A stretch of 64,000 nucleotides of DNA from Candidatus Kapaibacterium sp. (GCA_963665665.1 OY762428.1:384001-448000); one strand, 5' to 3'. Counted from the stretch's first letter, positions 39,289 to 50,125 are shown. A program made the numbers and translations. Notes: generated by a model not told the origin, from the sequence alone.

Positions 39289-42200
39289 TCACCTGACAAT
39301 ATTTAGAACCTTTGTTTTAGCAAGTCCGTTAACGGTAAGCTTATAATAATATGTTCCCGAAATAAGGTTGGAAATATCATAGGGAACAACATGCGTTCCG
39401 GCATTCAGATTTTGGTTTTTCATGATATTTCCGATATTATTTCCAAATTCATCATATAACAACAAACTGACATTAGTTATAACTTTAGATGTATGAATAT
39501 CAAAAGTAACAGTGGTTTTGGCAGGATTCGGATAGCAGCTAATTTCAATATCATTGTCATTATTTTCAATCCTTATAACTCCTGAAACCGGCATATTCAA
39601 ATCGCCTTGTGAAAGTTGGATACCTTCATTATTATATGTTGTATAGTTAATAGTCATCTGGCCTTCAAGTTCTTCAGGCATCAATACTGTAACATAAATT
39701 GGGCTTGCAGTTTCATTCGGCTTTATTCCTGCCCAATTTTCAGGCCACAGGACAGGTATTGAATCTAAAATATAAGTATCGGATATTGAATACATTTTAT
39801 CTTCAACATCCAAAGTCTTTATCAATACTTTTCCAGCCTGATCTGATAAAGGTTTTCCAACAGCAGCAATTTCACAATCTTCACAAGTCGGATGTAATTT
39901 GAAGAATGCAATTGGCTCTTCGTAGATATTGTTATTAGTAAGATATAAAGAGAAAGTCTTAATCATCATCCCTTCAGGAATATAATCCCTGCCAAGTATA
40001 TCCGGGCTATCATCACTCGGAACCTTTGCAGTAACTATGAATTCTTCCGGCCATGTTACTTTTTTATCTTCATTTTCACCACCTTCAAACAGGATCGTTA
40101 CTTTATTCCTGAACATGAAGTCCCGGTTTGGATTAGCAAATTCCATTGGTAATTCAGGAATTGAATCTAATATAAATGGGCCTGACAGAGTAGCAATATT
40201 GTTTTCAATTATCGCATCCTCGCCCGTTATCGGATTCTTCATCGAGGTAACTTGAACATCTTCTCCAAGAGGTTCCAAACAAATCGATTTAATATTAATT
40301 ATCTTCACAGGCGGAAAATACAGAGAGTCATTTATATAATTCAATGTTCCGGTTGTAAGATTATCCATATTTATTGACATAGTTGAAACAGCCGAAGAAT
40401 TATTTTTGTTTACCGGAATAACAATCGTTCTTTGAACAAGTGTATCGCAGGTACAGCAATCTTCATCGGTAATGTAATAACGTATCCAATACTTGATTGT
40501 ATCAGCAAGAATATTTCCAAAATCGACGTTATTGCAGGTCTTCCGGAAAGTAATTCTATAGTTAACACTGTTATTATTATCAGAATCATCGGAAATATCA
40601 GTGGCAGGAATGCTGTTGAATCCTCCCCATATCAATTCAGAGCGGCTGTTATTATGTAAATAACTTATATAATCTAAATCCAGGTAAGGATGATTTTCAC
40701 CAAGCGATGCCGAATTGCCTGATCCCGTGAACGGCACCCAAGGGTTCCCCCCCGGAGGATTACATGTAGGACACCAGGACGTGGGAGTACTTGTTGAAAC
40801 AAAAAATGCTAATAACGGAATAGTATGAGTAGAAACCGAACCATTCCACAGGTCTTCGATCTGATATGTTCTGATGGCTTTTGTAATTTGCATTGCTACC
40901 CGGGAAACAGGTTTGGGGCCGGCTTCAAGAGTTACAAATGTATATTGGGTTTTTGAACAATTGCTCCAATTTGATATATTATACAAATTGTATGTGGTTC
41001 TGAATTCAAAATTATCGCAGCAACCGCAAGCCAGATCGAATGTATCAGGCGGGCAAACGTCATAATCACTCGCTCCGTGATAATGTAGAATTATTGTTGT
41101 TTTGTGTATATCAATAGGAAAACAAAACATAAAGTTATGATCTCCGGTTAGAATATTACCGGCATCAGCTTCATATTTATCACTATTATTAGTTCCGCTG
41201 AGCGATGTCCAGCCGGAGGATGTACTCCATGAACTTATCAGGTTGTTTTCATATTCAAATTCCAGATAAACTATCTCTTGTTTATCACAATCAGCACGAA
41301 CCGTAACTTCATGGCAGCATCTGTCATCAGGCAAACTATCATTTTTAATATCAGAAATATATATCTGGTCGCAAGTGCAAATAGAATCACACTGAATTAT
41401 TGCAGTCAACGGATCACATTCTTCACTGTAATTATTATCATCATAATAATCGAGCAAATGAATTTCAACCGGAAATTGAGCAGGGTTTGTAGGAGAACTA
41501 AAACACATGTCGAAAACATGAACTCCCTGCGGCAAAAAGCTTCCGGGAAAATCAAAAATATAACCATTACCACTTCCCAAAGCGGAAGGCACAACATTCC
41601 AGCCTGAAGGAGCTGATATAGGTGATAAAGGTGAAACTGCAGGAAAGTCAAACCAGAGCCTGTTAATAAACAGCATATCACATTTAATATCAAGCTCTAT
41701 TCTCCAGCAGCAATCATCAGGATCGTTCAGGTTGGTAACGTTAATAATTTCATAATTCAGATTTCCCTGCTCATCCTGGCACAGGCATGGAGTAGAATGA
41801 AGGGAATCGCAGCATTCAAGTGGAGCATTTTCGGGATCCCAGTCAGTACCGCAACTGATTTCAGAATTCAGGTTATTTGTAGTATGATCAATCAAATAGC
41901 AACCCCATTCCGCCGGATTCGTCGGTGTTGCAATATCATTGATAGTAATGGGATAATAGGCATAAAGGTACTGATCAGAAATATCGCATTCGTACATATC
42001 ATCTACAATTTCGTAAGACGTTTTTGCTGTTTTCCAGAAACGAATTTCATCAAGCATCCCTTCGAAATAATAATCATTATCATACCACCTGCCGATATCA
42101 ATACTGTTCAAAGAAATGGGCAAATTGCTACTCGCTGAATTACTAACACCCAATCCGTCAAGATAAACACTTATTATACCTGAGGGGGTCCACACACCGG

Positions 42201-42954
42201 CGGCATGATGCCAGCCTGCCGATACACCGCTCATATCCATATTTGCAATATCAGTTCCAACATTAAATACAAGGTGGTTTTTCGGCAGGTTTGCATGGCC
42301 GAATCCGAGGTAAACATCACAGTTACCATCAGAACCGGCATCAAAATCTGCCGATGCGATCATCATATTATATCCGTCAGAATTATCAGTCAGATGCTGA
42401 TTTATATAAAACCAGGTTTCCCAGGTAAATCCGCTGCCGGTAAAGAAATTACCGTCTATTCGAATAAATTCTTCTGCACTTGCCGTTCTGCTAATCGACC
42501 AGCAGGATGCATTGTTGGCAGTAACAGGAACTTTAGAAACCCCTGTTTTGAGTACTCCGCCAAGAGTATCTAAGGTACTCCATTGAATGTCGACTATACC
42601 GTCATCTCCTGCCAGTTCAAAATGAAAGACACCGGCAGTTTGACCAGGACTAAATGGTACATCTACACCTGGTTCTCCTGAAACATAGATTGAATCATAC
42701 GCAACGGGAGCCATTTCCCAGCCTCTTGTTTGCGCCTCTCCGCTGATAGAAGCATCGGTAAATGAATAACCATCTGTTAATATCCGCAATTTTACACCGA
42801 GAACTGACACCTGGCTTTTGTTTTCAAATGAAAATTCGAATCGGGTATGATCATCCGGGCTTTCGGACCTGAAATATATCTCGGTGGAATCCTGAGATAT
42901 CAGCTGGAAAGCTCCAAATAAAAAAATAAGGCAAGATGTGATGAGAAACTTCAT
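39289..42954 (-). CDS. Large T9SS-secreted protein with LamG-like jellyroll and Cys-rich modules
   Basis: FTWETW, GWHHAAGVW, VYLDG and FEGMLDEIRFW (LamG); CTD CYPNP...LYDEFGN...SGTYYYKL...KVLNIVR. Start at MKFLITS. Confidence 0.85.
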   Translation of the reverse strand: MKFLITSCLIFLFGAFQLISQDSTEIYFRSESPDDHTRFEFSFENKSQVSVLGVKLRILTDGYSFTDASISGEAQTRGWEMAPVAYDSIYVSGEPGVDVPFSPGQTAGVFHFELAGDDGIVDIQWSTLDTLGGVLKTGVSKVPVTANNASCWSISRTASAEEFIRIDGNFFTGSGFTWETWFYINQHLTDNSDGYNMMIASADFDAGSDGNCDVYLGFGHANLPKNHLVFNVGTDIANMDMSGVSAGWHHAAGVWTPSGIISVYLDGLGVSNSASSNLPISLNSIDIGRWYDNDYYFEGMLDEIRFWKTAKTSYEIVDDMYECDISDQYLYAYYPITINDIATPTNPAEWGCYLIDHTTNNLNSEISCGTDWDPENAPLECCDSLHSTPCLCQDEQGNLNYEIINVTNLNDPDDCCWRIELDIKCDMLFINRLWFDFPAVSPLSPISAPSGWNVVPSALGSGNGYIFDFPGSFLPQGVHVFDMCFSSPTNPAQFPVEIHLLDYYDDNNYSEECDPLTAIIQCDSICTCDQIYISDIKNDSLPDDRCCHEVTVRADCDKQEIVYLEFEYENNLISSWSTSSGWTSLSGTNNSDKYEADAGNILTGDHNFMFCFPIDIHKTTIILHYHGASDYDVCPPDTFDLACGCCDNFEFRTTYNLYNISNWSNCSKTQYTFVTLEAGPKPVSRVAMQITKAIRTYQIEDLWNGSVSTHTIPLLAFFVSTSTPTSWCPTCNPPGGNPWVPFTGSGNSASLGENHPYLDLDYISYLHNNSRSELIWGGFNSIPATDISDDSDNNNSVNYRITFRKTCNNVDFGNILADTIKYWIRYYITDEDCCTCDTLVQRTIVIPVNKNNSSAVSTMSINMDNLTTGTLNYINDSLYFPPVKIINIKSICLEPLGEDVQVTSMKNPITGEDAIIENNIATLSGPFILDSIPELPMEFANPNRDFMFRNKVTILFEGGENEDKKVTWPEEFIVTAKVPSDDSPDILGRDYIPEGMMIKTFSLYLTNNNIYEEPIAFFKLHPTCEDCEIAAVGKPLSDQAGKVLIKTLDVEDKMYSISDTYILDSIPVLWPENWAGIKPNETASPIYVTVLMPEELEGQMTINYTTYNNEGIQLSQGDLNMPVSGVIRIENNDNDIEISCYPNPAKTTVTFDIHTSKVITNVSLLLYDEFGNNIGNIMKNQNLNAGTHVVPYDISNLISGTYYYKLTVNGLAKTKVLNIVR

Positions 42955-43406
42955 AATAATCCCTGAAATATTATTTGAGAATTGTGATAGCAAAAAAATT
43001 CAGATTTCAAAAATATTTGAATAAAAATACTCTTGCATTTATCATTATACAACAAATTAAAATATTCTATCTGCTATATTCTATTTAGCAATAAACAATT
43101 CCAAGCTCAACTTAGGAAATAATTTGAATATTTCATAATAATTTATATAGAATAAAATAATAATTCAATTGAATATTTATCAAACCATGTTAGCTAAGTG
43201 TATCGTAAATTTTATTTTTTTCCTATAGAAGATGATTTGTTTTTATTCTTAAAATATCAATTTGAAGTTCTTGCCTTTTTCAACAAATTTTTGTATCTCC
43301 GATTTAAGAAATTTTATTTACTGAATACATCTAATTTGCCTTGCTTTTAAGCAAATAAATATATAAATTTTAAAGATTTTTGGATTATCAATATCCGGGG
43401 ATAAAA

Positions 43407-44897
43407 GTGAAAGTATTTGTATTAATTATTTTGAATTTTGCCATGTTCTCATTTTCATGTTCGCAGGATGCTTTAGATGAAAGTATGATTAGTACCAGGC
43501 CCGCAACCGTAGCCGGGACATTTTACCCGTCAAATCCTGACACTCTGGGCAGGATGATTGATGAATATCTTGATAATGCCCGGGATTCCGGAATAGAAGG
43601 AGCAATCCGCGCTATTGCCGTTCCTCATGCGGGTTATGTTTACAGCGGCTGGATTGCCGGGATGTCTTATTCAGCAGTTCGGGGCCGGGAATATGATGCA
43701 GTGATAATTATCGGCCCAAGCCATTCCGAGCGATTTTACGGTGCTTCCATTTTTGACGGTGAGGGTTACAGCACTCCATTCGGGGTTGCTGAAATTGACC
43801 GGGATATGGCCCAACTAATTGAAAAGGAAAGCGAAACAGTAATAATTTCAAGGAACGGACATGGGTGGAATAGCAGCAGTTCCGAGCATTCAATTGAAGT
43901 TCAGGTTCCGTTTATCCAAAGGGTATTGCCTAAAGTACCTATTGTACCGATTTGTATGGGCAGCCAGGATTTCAGGACTATTGACCAGTTAGCACAGGCA
44001 ATTATTCGCGGAGTAAAGAATTCCGGGAAGGAAGTTCTGATTGTTGCCAGTACTGACCTCTCGCACTTCCATAAGCAATCGGAAGCCAGGGAAATTGATA
44101 AGCGTTTCGTTGAGTCATTCGAAAGATATGACTATTTTAAAATTTCGCTTGAACTGGCCATGAGAAAATGTGAAGCCTGCGGCGGCGGCCCTGTGGCGAC
44201 AGCAATGATTGCTGCCGAAAATCTTGGAGCAACAGAATCCATAGCTCTGCATTATGCAAGCTCAGCGGATTCTCCCCGGGTAAATGCCGATACAAACCGC
44301 GTTGTAGGATATTTTGCAGGCCTGATGTTCGAAGGAGATGACAGCTTTGATATACTTCCTGATCTGAATGAAGATGAAAAGAATATTCTCAAAAAATTTG
44401 CTATGAACGGAGTTAAAAAGGCTGTTAAGGATAAAGAACTTGATAATATAACAATTGTACCTTCTTCAATCAAATATCCGTTTGCCACATTTGTAACAAT
44501 CAAAAAGGACGGAAGGCTGCGGGGATGCATGGGCCATACCATTGCAGGCAGGCCGCTAATGGACGAAGTTGAAGAAACCGGCTGGATGGCAGCAGCAAAA
44601 GATCCGCGTTTTACACCCCTGAAAAAAGCTGAACTTGATAAAATTGACTTCGAGATAACAATCCTTTCAAGATTTAAACGTATTTTTGCATCTGAAGAAG
44701 TTGATGTCGGCAAAGACGGTGTTTATCTTCGAGTTGGAAATGCTTCCGGGCTTTTCCTTCCGCAGGTAGCCCCGGAACAAGGCTGGGACAGGGAAACCTT
44801 TCTTGAGCAGCTTGGAAGGAAAGCCGGCCTGAATGATTCTGCTTATCTTTTGCCTGAAGCGGAGCTTTATATCTTCAGGGCTGTGATTATTGAATGA
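43407..44897 (+). CDS. AmmeMemoRadiSam protein B (MEMO1) - protein A (AMMECR1) fusion
   Basis: MEMO motifs PHAGYVYSG, GPSH, EHSIEVQ, STDLSH and CGGGP; AMMECR1 motifs FVTI...LRGCMG, DPRF and FLPQVA. Start uncertain (GTG 43407 or TTG 43380). Confidence 0.9.
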   Translation: MKVFVLIILNFAMFSFSCSQDALDESMISTRPATVAGTFYPSNPDTLGRMIDEYLDNARDSGIEGAIRAIAVPHAGYVYSGWIAGMSYSAVRGREYDAVIIIGPSHSERFYGASIFDGEGYSTPFGVAEIDRDMAQLIEKESETVIISRNGHGWNSSSSEHSIEVQVPFIQRVLPKVPIVPICMGSQDFRTIDQLAQAIIRGVKNSGKEVLIVASTDLSHFHKQSEAREIDKRFVESFERYDYFKISLELAMRKCEACGGGPVATAMIAAENLGATESIALHYASSADSPRVNADTNRVVGYFAGLMFEGDDSFDILPDLNEDEKNILKKFAMNGVKKAVKDKELDNITIVPSSIKYPFATFVTIKKDGRLRGCMGHTIAGRPLMDEVEETGWMAAAKDPRFTPLKKAELDKIDFEITILSRFKRIFASEEVDVGKDGVYLRVGNASGLFLPQVAPEQGWDRETFLEQLGRKAGLNDSAYLLPEAELYIFRAVIIE

Positions 44898-44912
44898 TGA
44901 AACAGGAACGGA

Positions 44913-46418
44913 ATGACTGAAAAAAAGATTGATAATGAGAATATTGAGCAAGGACTACTGGAAAGAATAGAGAATTTTGAAAAGTCCGGAAGAATTCCGA
45001 TTCAGGAAAATATCCTGAAGGAAATTGGGAAATTTGCAGGGGAAAATGATTATCAGGTACATGTTGTGGGAGGTTATGTCAGGGATTATTTTCTGGACAG
45101 GCCCAGGCACGACCTTGATTGTACCGTTGAAGGTGATGCGATTGAATTCGCCCGGAAACTTGCCGAAAAATACAACACTAAAGCAGTGATATACGAAAGG
45201 TTCCGTACAGCCCTGGTACCCATTGGTGAATATCATTGTGAATTCGTTGGAACCAGGAAAGAAATTTATCAGGAAAATTCAAGAAAACCAATTGTAACAG
45301 AAGGGACGCTCGAAGACGATATTAAGCGCCGTGACTTTACGATAAATGCATTGGCAGCATCGCTGAATCCTGATAGGCTAGGACAGATAACCGACCTTTT
45401 CAGTGGTATTGAAGATATGAAAAAAGGTCTGCTGAAAACCCCGCTTGACCCGGAAATCACATATAGTGACGATCCGCTCAGAATGATGCGCGCTGCAAGA
45501 TTTGCATCCCAATTGGATTTTATGATAGAAGAAAACAGCTTTGACGCAATAAAGAATATGTCGGACAGGATAAGTATTATATCACAGGAACGTGTAACTG
45601 ACGAGCTTTTGAAAATTTTAAATTCAAAAAATCCTTCCAAGGGATTTTATATATTATTTTTTACCGGATTGCTGGAAAAAGTTTTCCCTGAACTTTATAA
45701 CCTTGCAGGTGTTGAAATTGTCCAGGAAGGAAATAAGGAGTTCGGCCATAAAGATGTTTTCAGGCACACATTGAAGGTTTTGGATAACCTTTCTTCAGTA
45801 AGTGATAAAACATGGCTGAGATTTTCGGCCCTTGTTCACGATATTGCAAAACCTCAGACCAAAAGATTCAGCGATGGAACAGGATGGACCTTTCACGGAC
45901 ACGAGGAGATAGGCGCCAGGAAAATGAAAGGCATTTTTAAAAGGCTTAAATTACCAATGGACAATCTCCCGTATGTTGAAAAACTGGTAAGGCTTCACCA
46001 GCGCCCTATGGCGCTTGTTGATGACGGAGTGACTGACTCAGCCGTCAGGCGGCTCGCAGTAAAAGCAGGAACTGCCCTTGAAGATCTTTTTATGCTTTGC
46101 CGTGCTGATATAACAACTAAAAATCCTAACCTGAACGCTAAATACCTTGCTAATTACGAGAAGGTAGCACAAAAGGTAATGGACGTACAGGAAAAAGATA
46201 AACTGCGGGAATTCCAGTCACCGGTCAGGGGAGAGGAAATTATGGAGATTTGCGGATTACCGCCGTCGCGTCCCGTTGGAATAATTAAAACTAATATCGA
46301 GGAAGCCATACTTGAGGGTATAATTCCGAACGAGTATGACAATGCGAAGCAATACTTCCTTGAACATAAAGACAAATGGATAAATGATCTTGTTGAACAG
46401 GGTATGATAGAAAGATAG
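44913..46418 (+). CDS. cca: Class II CCA tRNA nucleotidyltransferase with HD domain
   Basis: VGGYVRD, DLD, RKEIY..NSRKP loop, RRDFTINA, DDPLRMMRAARF and HDIAKP motifs. Confidence 0.9.
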   Translation: MTEKKIDNENIEQGLLERIENFEKSGRIPIQENILKEIGKFAGENDYQVHVVGGYVRDYFLDRPRHDLDCTVEGDAIEFARKLAEKYNTKAVIYERFRTALVPIGEYHCEFVGTRKEIYQENSRKPIVTEGTLEDDIKRRDFTINALAASLNPDRLGQITDLFSGIEDMKKGLLKTPLDPEITYSDDPLRMMRAARFASQLDFMIEENSFDAIKNMSDRISIISQERVTDELLKILNSKNPSKGFYILFFTGLLEKVFPELYNLAGVEIVQEGNKEFGHKDVFRHTLKVLDNLSSVSDKTWLRFSALVHDIAKPQTKRFSDGTGWTFHGHEEIGARKMKGIFKRLKLPMDNLPYVEKLVRLHQRPMALVDDGVTDSAVRRLAVKAGTALEDLFMLCRADITTKNPNLNAKYLANYEKVAQKVMDVQEKDKLREFQSPVRGEEIMEICGLPPSRPVGIIKTNIEEAILEGIIPNEYDNAKQYFLEHKDKWINDLVEQGMIER

Positions 46419-46419
46419 A

Positions 46420-47316
46420 ATGAAAACAGCCTTAAAAGCAGGTTTGGTTATTGCAGTTATTGCCACGATTTTTGCAGCATTGTTGTATTATTTCGGAGCG
46501 CCTTATGCAGTAATAAAGCCACAGAGTTCATTTGTAATGTATAATGCTGATGAATCAGGTTTGGATAAGAAAGAATTTATAACCACTACTGATGACGGCA
46601 CAAAATTATCATCAATATTTATCAGAACGGACAGGCGGGATTCGGCAGCAACAATTTTTATTCTACATGGTATATGGGACAGAAAAGAAACCAATCTCCC
46701 GCTTGCAAATGTTTTCGCGCAATACGGTTTTAATACAATACTTACAGACTTACGAGGACACGGAGATAGCGAAGGTGAATTCTTCACCTATGGCTACAGG
46801 GAGAAAGGGGATGTAAAAGCAGTACTGGACGATGCAATCAGCAGATTTCATTTAGGTGAGAATATCGGGCTGTTTGGCTTTTCAGCCGGAGCAGCTATTG
46901 GCTTACAGTTTTTAGAAAAAGACACAATGGTTGACGCCGCTGTTATTGTATCTACATTTTCAGATCTTAACAAAATTATTCCTGATTATCTTCAGAGAAT
47001 TACCAGGCTCAGAAGCCCGATGCTTTCCGATATTTTAATTAACAGGGCTGAAAGCATTGCAGATTTCGAGACAGATTCGGTAAGTCCCCGAAAATCAGCG
47101 GCCAAAATCAATATCCCTATTTTGATGATACATGGAGAAAAAGACAGAAAGATAAAGTTAGAATATGGAAAAGAAGTATTTGAGGTTTTGAAATCAGAAC
47201 ATAAAGAATTTCTTCCCATGAAAGATGCCGGCCATCTGGATGTTTTAGAGAAAGGCGGCAGAAACCTGGAAATGCGGCTTGTGAATTTTTATAAGAAAAA
47301 TTTGAAAGATCAATAA
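46420..47316 (+). CDS. Membrane-anchored alpha/beta hydrolase
   Basis: N-terminal TM helix; LHG, DLRGHGDS, GFSAG, IHGEKD and AGH motifs. Confidence 0.88.
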   Translation: MKTALKAGLVIAVIATIFAALLYYFGAPYAVIKPQSSFVMYNADESGLDKKEFITTTDDGTKLSSIFIRTDRRDSAATIFILHGIWDRKETNLPLANVFAQYGFNTILTDLRGHGDSEGEFFTYGYREKGDVKAVLDDAISRFHLGENIGLFGFSAGAAIGLQFLEKDTMVDAAVIVSTFSDLNKIIPDYLQRITRLRSPMLSDILINRAESIADFETDSVSPRKSAAKINIPILMIHGEKDRKIKLEYGKEVFEVLKSEHKEFLPMKDAGHLDVLEKGGRNLEMRLVNFYKKNLKDQ

Positions 47317-47468
47317 CACATAATCCGAAAAGATCATTTATACAATATATAATTCATTAAATCATTAACCAGACTTCTGAATTCGCAAATACTTATGGAA
47401 GTTCCCCTGTTTGTCCCTTTCGTGAAAAAGGAGCTTACGTTATTAGTAAAAATCAACAAAACAATTCG

Positions 47469-49814
47469 CTATTGAGAATCACCAACTAAATATTTATAGC
47501 AATTTTCTGCAGCGTTTTGTTTTGATTTTTTCTTGTTTAAACCGTGGCTTGAAAACGAAAGTCTTTTACCTGAGTAATACAAATTAATATTACATTCAAA
47601 AACAGGTTCATGCACGCTGCCAATTTGCTTGTATTCATATTGTGGTAATTGGAGATTAGACTTAACGCAGAATTCCTGTAATAATCCGATATAGTTTTTC
47701 GAATCAGTATTTTTTACTATTGTTTTTTCTTCGATTATAATTCCGGATTCGTTAATTTTTTCGAGAATTTTTTTTGCGGCATCCTGCTTTGCCCTTTTTT
47801 TATTGTTTGAAAGTATCTCCACAAGAATTGTTTCCGAAGAAACTACAAGATTGCAAATACACTTTATTACGGGCTGATGATGAGGCCCGCTGATTTCAAA
47901 ATTGAATACGGGATCTGACCAATCTTCATTTTTTGCACATAATTCAAGGAGCCTGCCTACATAGTTTTCCTCTTTAACGCTATCTTTAGTATTATCCGAA
48001 ATAATTTGAGGCTGCACAGGAATTTCTTCGTCATTATCAATAGTCATAGCATATTCACCATTTTCAAAATACTTTTTTAGATCATAAATTGTTTTTTCAT
48101 CAGATATTATCTCATCCGGTAAAATATTTTGTTCCTTATTTGCAATTGAATCATCCGTTTCGATTGAAAAATTTGAATCGTTTATAACTGTTTCACAGCT
48201 ATCATTACAGCAGTTACTATCTTTGATTTCAATTATTTCAGTTTCCGGAAAATCCAGAATTTCGATCAGAATATCAGCCGCACACAGGTGAGCAGCATCT
48301 TTTTTTCTTTTTGAATAAATAAATTGTGAATTTTCTACAGTTTTGTCTTTTATGTTTAGGATTACTTTAGCATTGAAACCATCGGATTGATTATTGTATT
48401 CGAAATCGTACCTGTCGATAACATCTTTTTGTTGAAGAATATTTAAAAGCTGTACAGCAGCCCCCTGTGTCTCTTTTATATATCTTAAAGCACACTTTTT
48501 TATGGGAAACCATTCTACACTTTTTTTATCAGTTTTGAATAATAATATATAAAGAATATTCATATCAATATTCTTTGATTCAAATCTTTTTTTCAATGCA
48601 GATTCAAGTTCTGGCAAAAGTACATTTTCTTTTACGGCAGCTTTAAGTACCGGTGCAAAGTCTGATGTTTGCATTTTTACAAGCTGTTCTTCCGTGGAAT
48701 AGTTCAGTTTAATTTTTGAGGCAAAAAAAGCAGTTTCCTTCATATATTTTGCTTTTTCTTCCATAATGGCAGTATTTTTATTATTAATATCATTAGCCAT
48801 TTCATGAAGCAGGTCAATCTCGAAAGATGGTTTTCCCTGATGCAGGAAATCTTTCAACACAAATTGATTAATCAGATCGGCAATTCTTCTGATGGGGGAA
48901 GTAACGTGAGTATAAGCAGGTTCATTCAAACCATAATGCCCCTGTAATGCCAGGCCGTAAGTAGCCTTATTGAACCAGAGTTTACTACGTTCGCGCAAAG
49001 AATTCAGAAATTTTGAGTTAACTAGAGCTAAATTAATTTGTTCGAGTATTTGCTGCCTGTCAGGAGCATTCATCCTGACAGTATGATTTCTATATAGCAA
49101 CGGAATATTGTTTTCAGCGCAAAATACAGCCAAAGCTTTATTGGTTAAAATCATAAATTCCTGTACAACAATATTGCCAATATGTGCCCTGCCTTCATTC
49201 AGCGGAAGAATATTCCCTTCTTCGTTAGTATAAATTCCCTTTTTTAAATCATAAATGGCCAAAGCGCCGGTATTTTTTCTTTTTTCGAGTAACAATTCAG
49301 CTAATGAAGCCATTTCTCTGAATTTATTATAATCCTGGTCAGATTTCAAAGCCCTGATAATTGTATCGAAATCGCCGTAGCATAATCTCCGAGTGTTTGT
49401 AAAAACTGATTCATAAAATTTAAAATCAAGAATATCAGCCTGCGACGATAATTCAATTTCAAAAGTGATAGCAGCTTTTTGGGTACGCGGCAACAAACTC
49501 AGCTTAGAATCGGAAAGTGCCTTTGGCAGCATGGATTCATTCCAACCGGAATAATACCTTGTTTCAATTTTTCGGAGAGCTTCCCTGAAAATTTCGGAAT
49601 CTGGTTTTACCAATACCGGAACGTTGGCAATAGAAACCTGTAGCAAATAATTCTTGCCATTTCTTTTTAAATCAATTCCGTCGTCAAGGTCTTTGGATTC
49701 GGCCCCGTCAATAGTGCAACCTGAAACTTCCGGTTTGTCTTCAGAATAGTCTTCCGGGAATTTCAAGGATTTCAGTTCTTTTAAAATCTGAGTTGAAATA
49801 TTATTTCTCTCCAT
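47469..49814 (-). CDS. RNB-domain (RNase II/R family) exoribonuclease with three C-terminal dsRNA-binding domains
   Basis: TIDGAESKDLDDG, VQEFMILTN, LYRNH, HYGL...YTHVTSPIRRIADL; dsRBD-like segments ending KRKKDAAHLCA, NKKRAKQDAA and NKKKSKQNAA. Confidence 0.88.
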   Translation of the reverse strand: MERNNISTQILKELKSLKFPEDYSEDKPEVSGCTIDGAESKDLDDGIDLKRNGKNYLLQVSIANVPVLVKPDSEIFREALRKIETRYYSGWNESMLPKALSDSKLSLLPRTQKAAITFEIELSSQADILDFKFYESVFTNTRRLCYGDFDTIIRALKSDQDYNKFREMASLAELLLEKRKNTGALAIYDLKKGIYTNEEGNILPLNEGRAHIGNIVVQEFMILTNKALAVFCAENNIPLLYRNHTVRMNAPDRQQILEQINLALVNSKFLNSLRERSKLWFNKATYGLALQGHYGLNEPAYTHVTSPIRRIADLINQFVLKDFLHQGKPSFEIDLLHEMANDINNKNTAIMEEKAKYMKETAFFASKIKLNYSTEEQLVKMQTSDFAPVLKAAVKENVLLPELESALKKRFESKNIDMNILYILLFKTDKKSVEWFPIKKCALRYIKETQGAAVQLLNILQQKDVIDRYDFEYNNQSDGFNAKVILNIKDKTVENSQFIYSKRKKDAAHLCAADILIEILDFPETEIIEIKDSNCCNDSCETVINDSNFSIETDDSIANKEQNILPDEIISDEKTIYDLKKYFENGEYAMTIDNDEEIPVQPQIISDNTKDSVKEENYVGRLLELCAKNEDWSDPVFNFEISGPHHQPVIKCICNLVVSSETILVEILSNNKKRAKQDAAKKILEKINESGIIIEEKTIVKNTDSKNYIGLLQEFCVKSNLQLPQYEYKQIGSVHEPVFECNINLYYSGKRLSFSSHGLNKKKSKQNAAENCYKYLVGDSQ

Positions 49815-50065
49815 ACGCTAACCAATTAAAATCACAGATTATCCTCTTCCACATATTTCACAATATTTGAAATATTTCAGAGGTTTGAAATATTGATTTT
49901 CAATAAAAATTCTTCTGATTTCAAGAATCAATTAAATATCTAATAATTTATTATTCAATTTATTCAATAATTAAGATATTAGCAAATTAATTTACATGTT
50001 TTTTTCAAAATCTGAATAATTTAATTATGATTTTGATCAGAAAATATGGTGGCTATTTTCTAAAA

Positions 50066-50108
50066 TAAAAAAGGCAGGAAGTATTTATCGTTATAACTTC
50101 TTGCCTTT
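50066..50108 (-). terminator. Terminator of tRNA-Leu
   Basis: Minus strand aaggcaagaagt...acttcctgcc-tttttt. Confidence 0.75.
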
Positions 50109-50125
50109 ATTAGTGTTAATCACTG

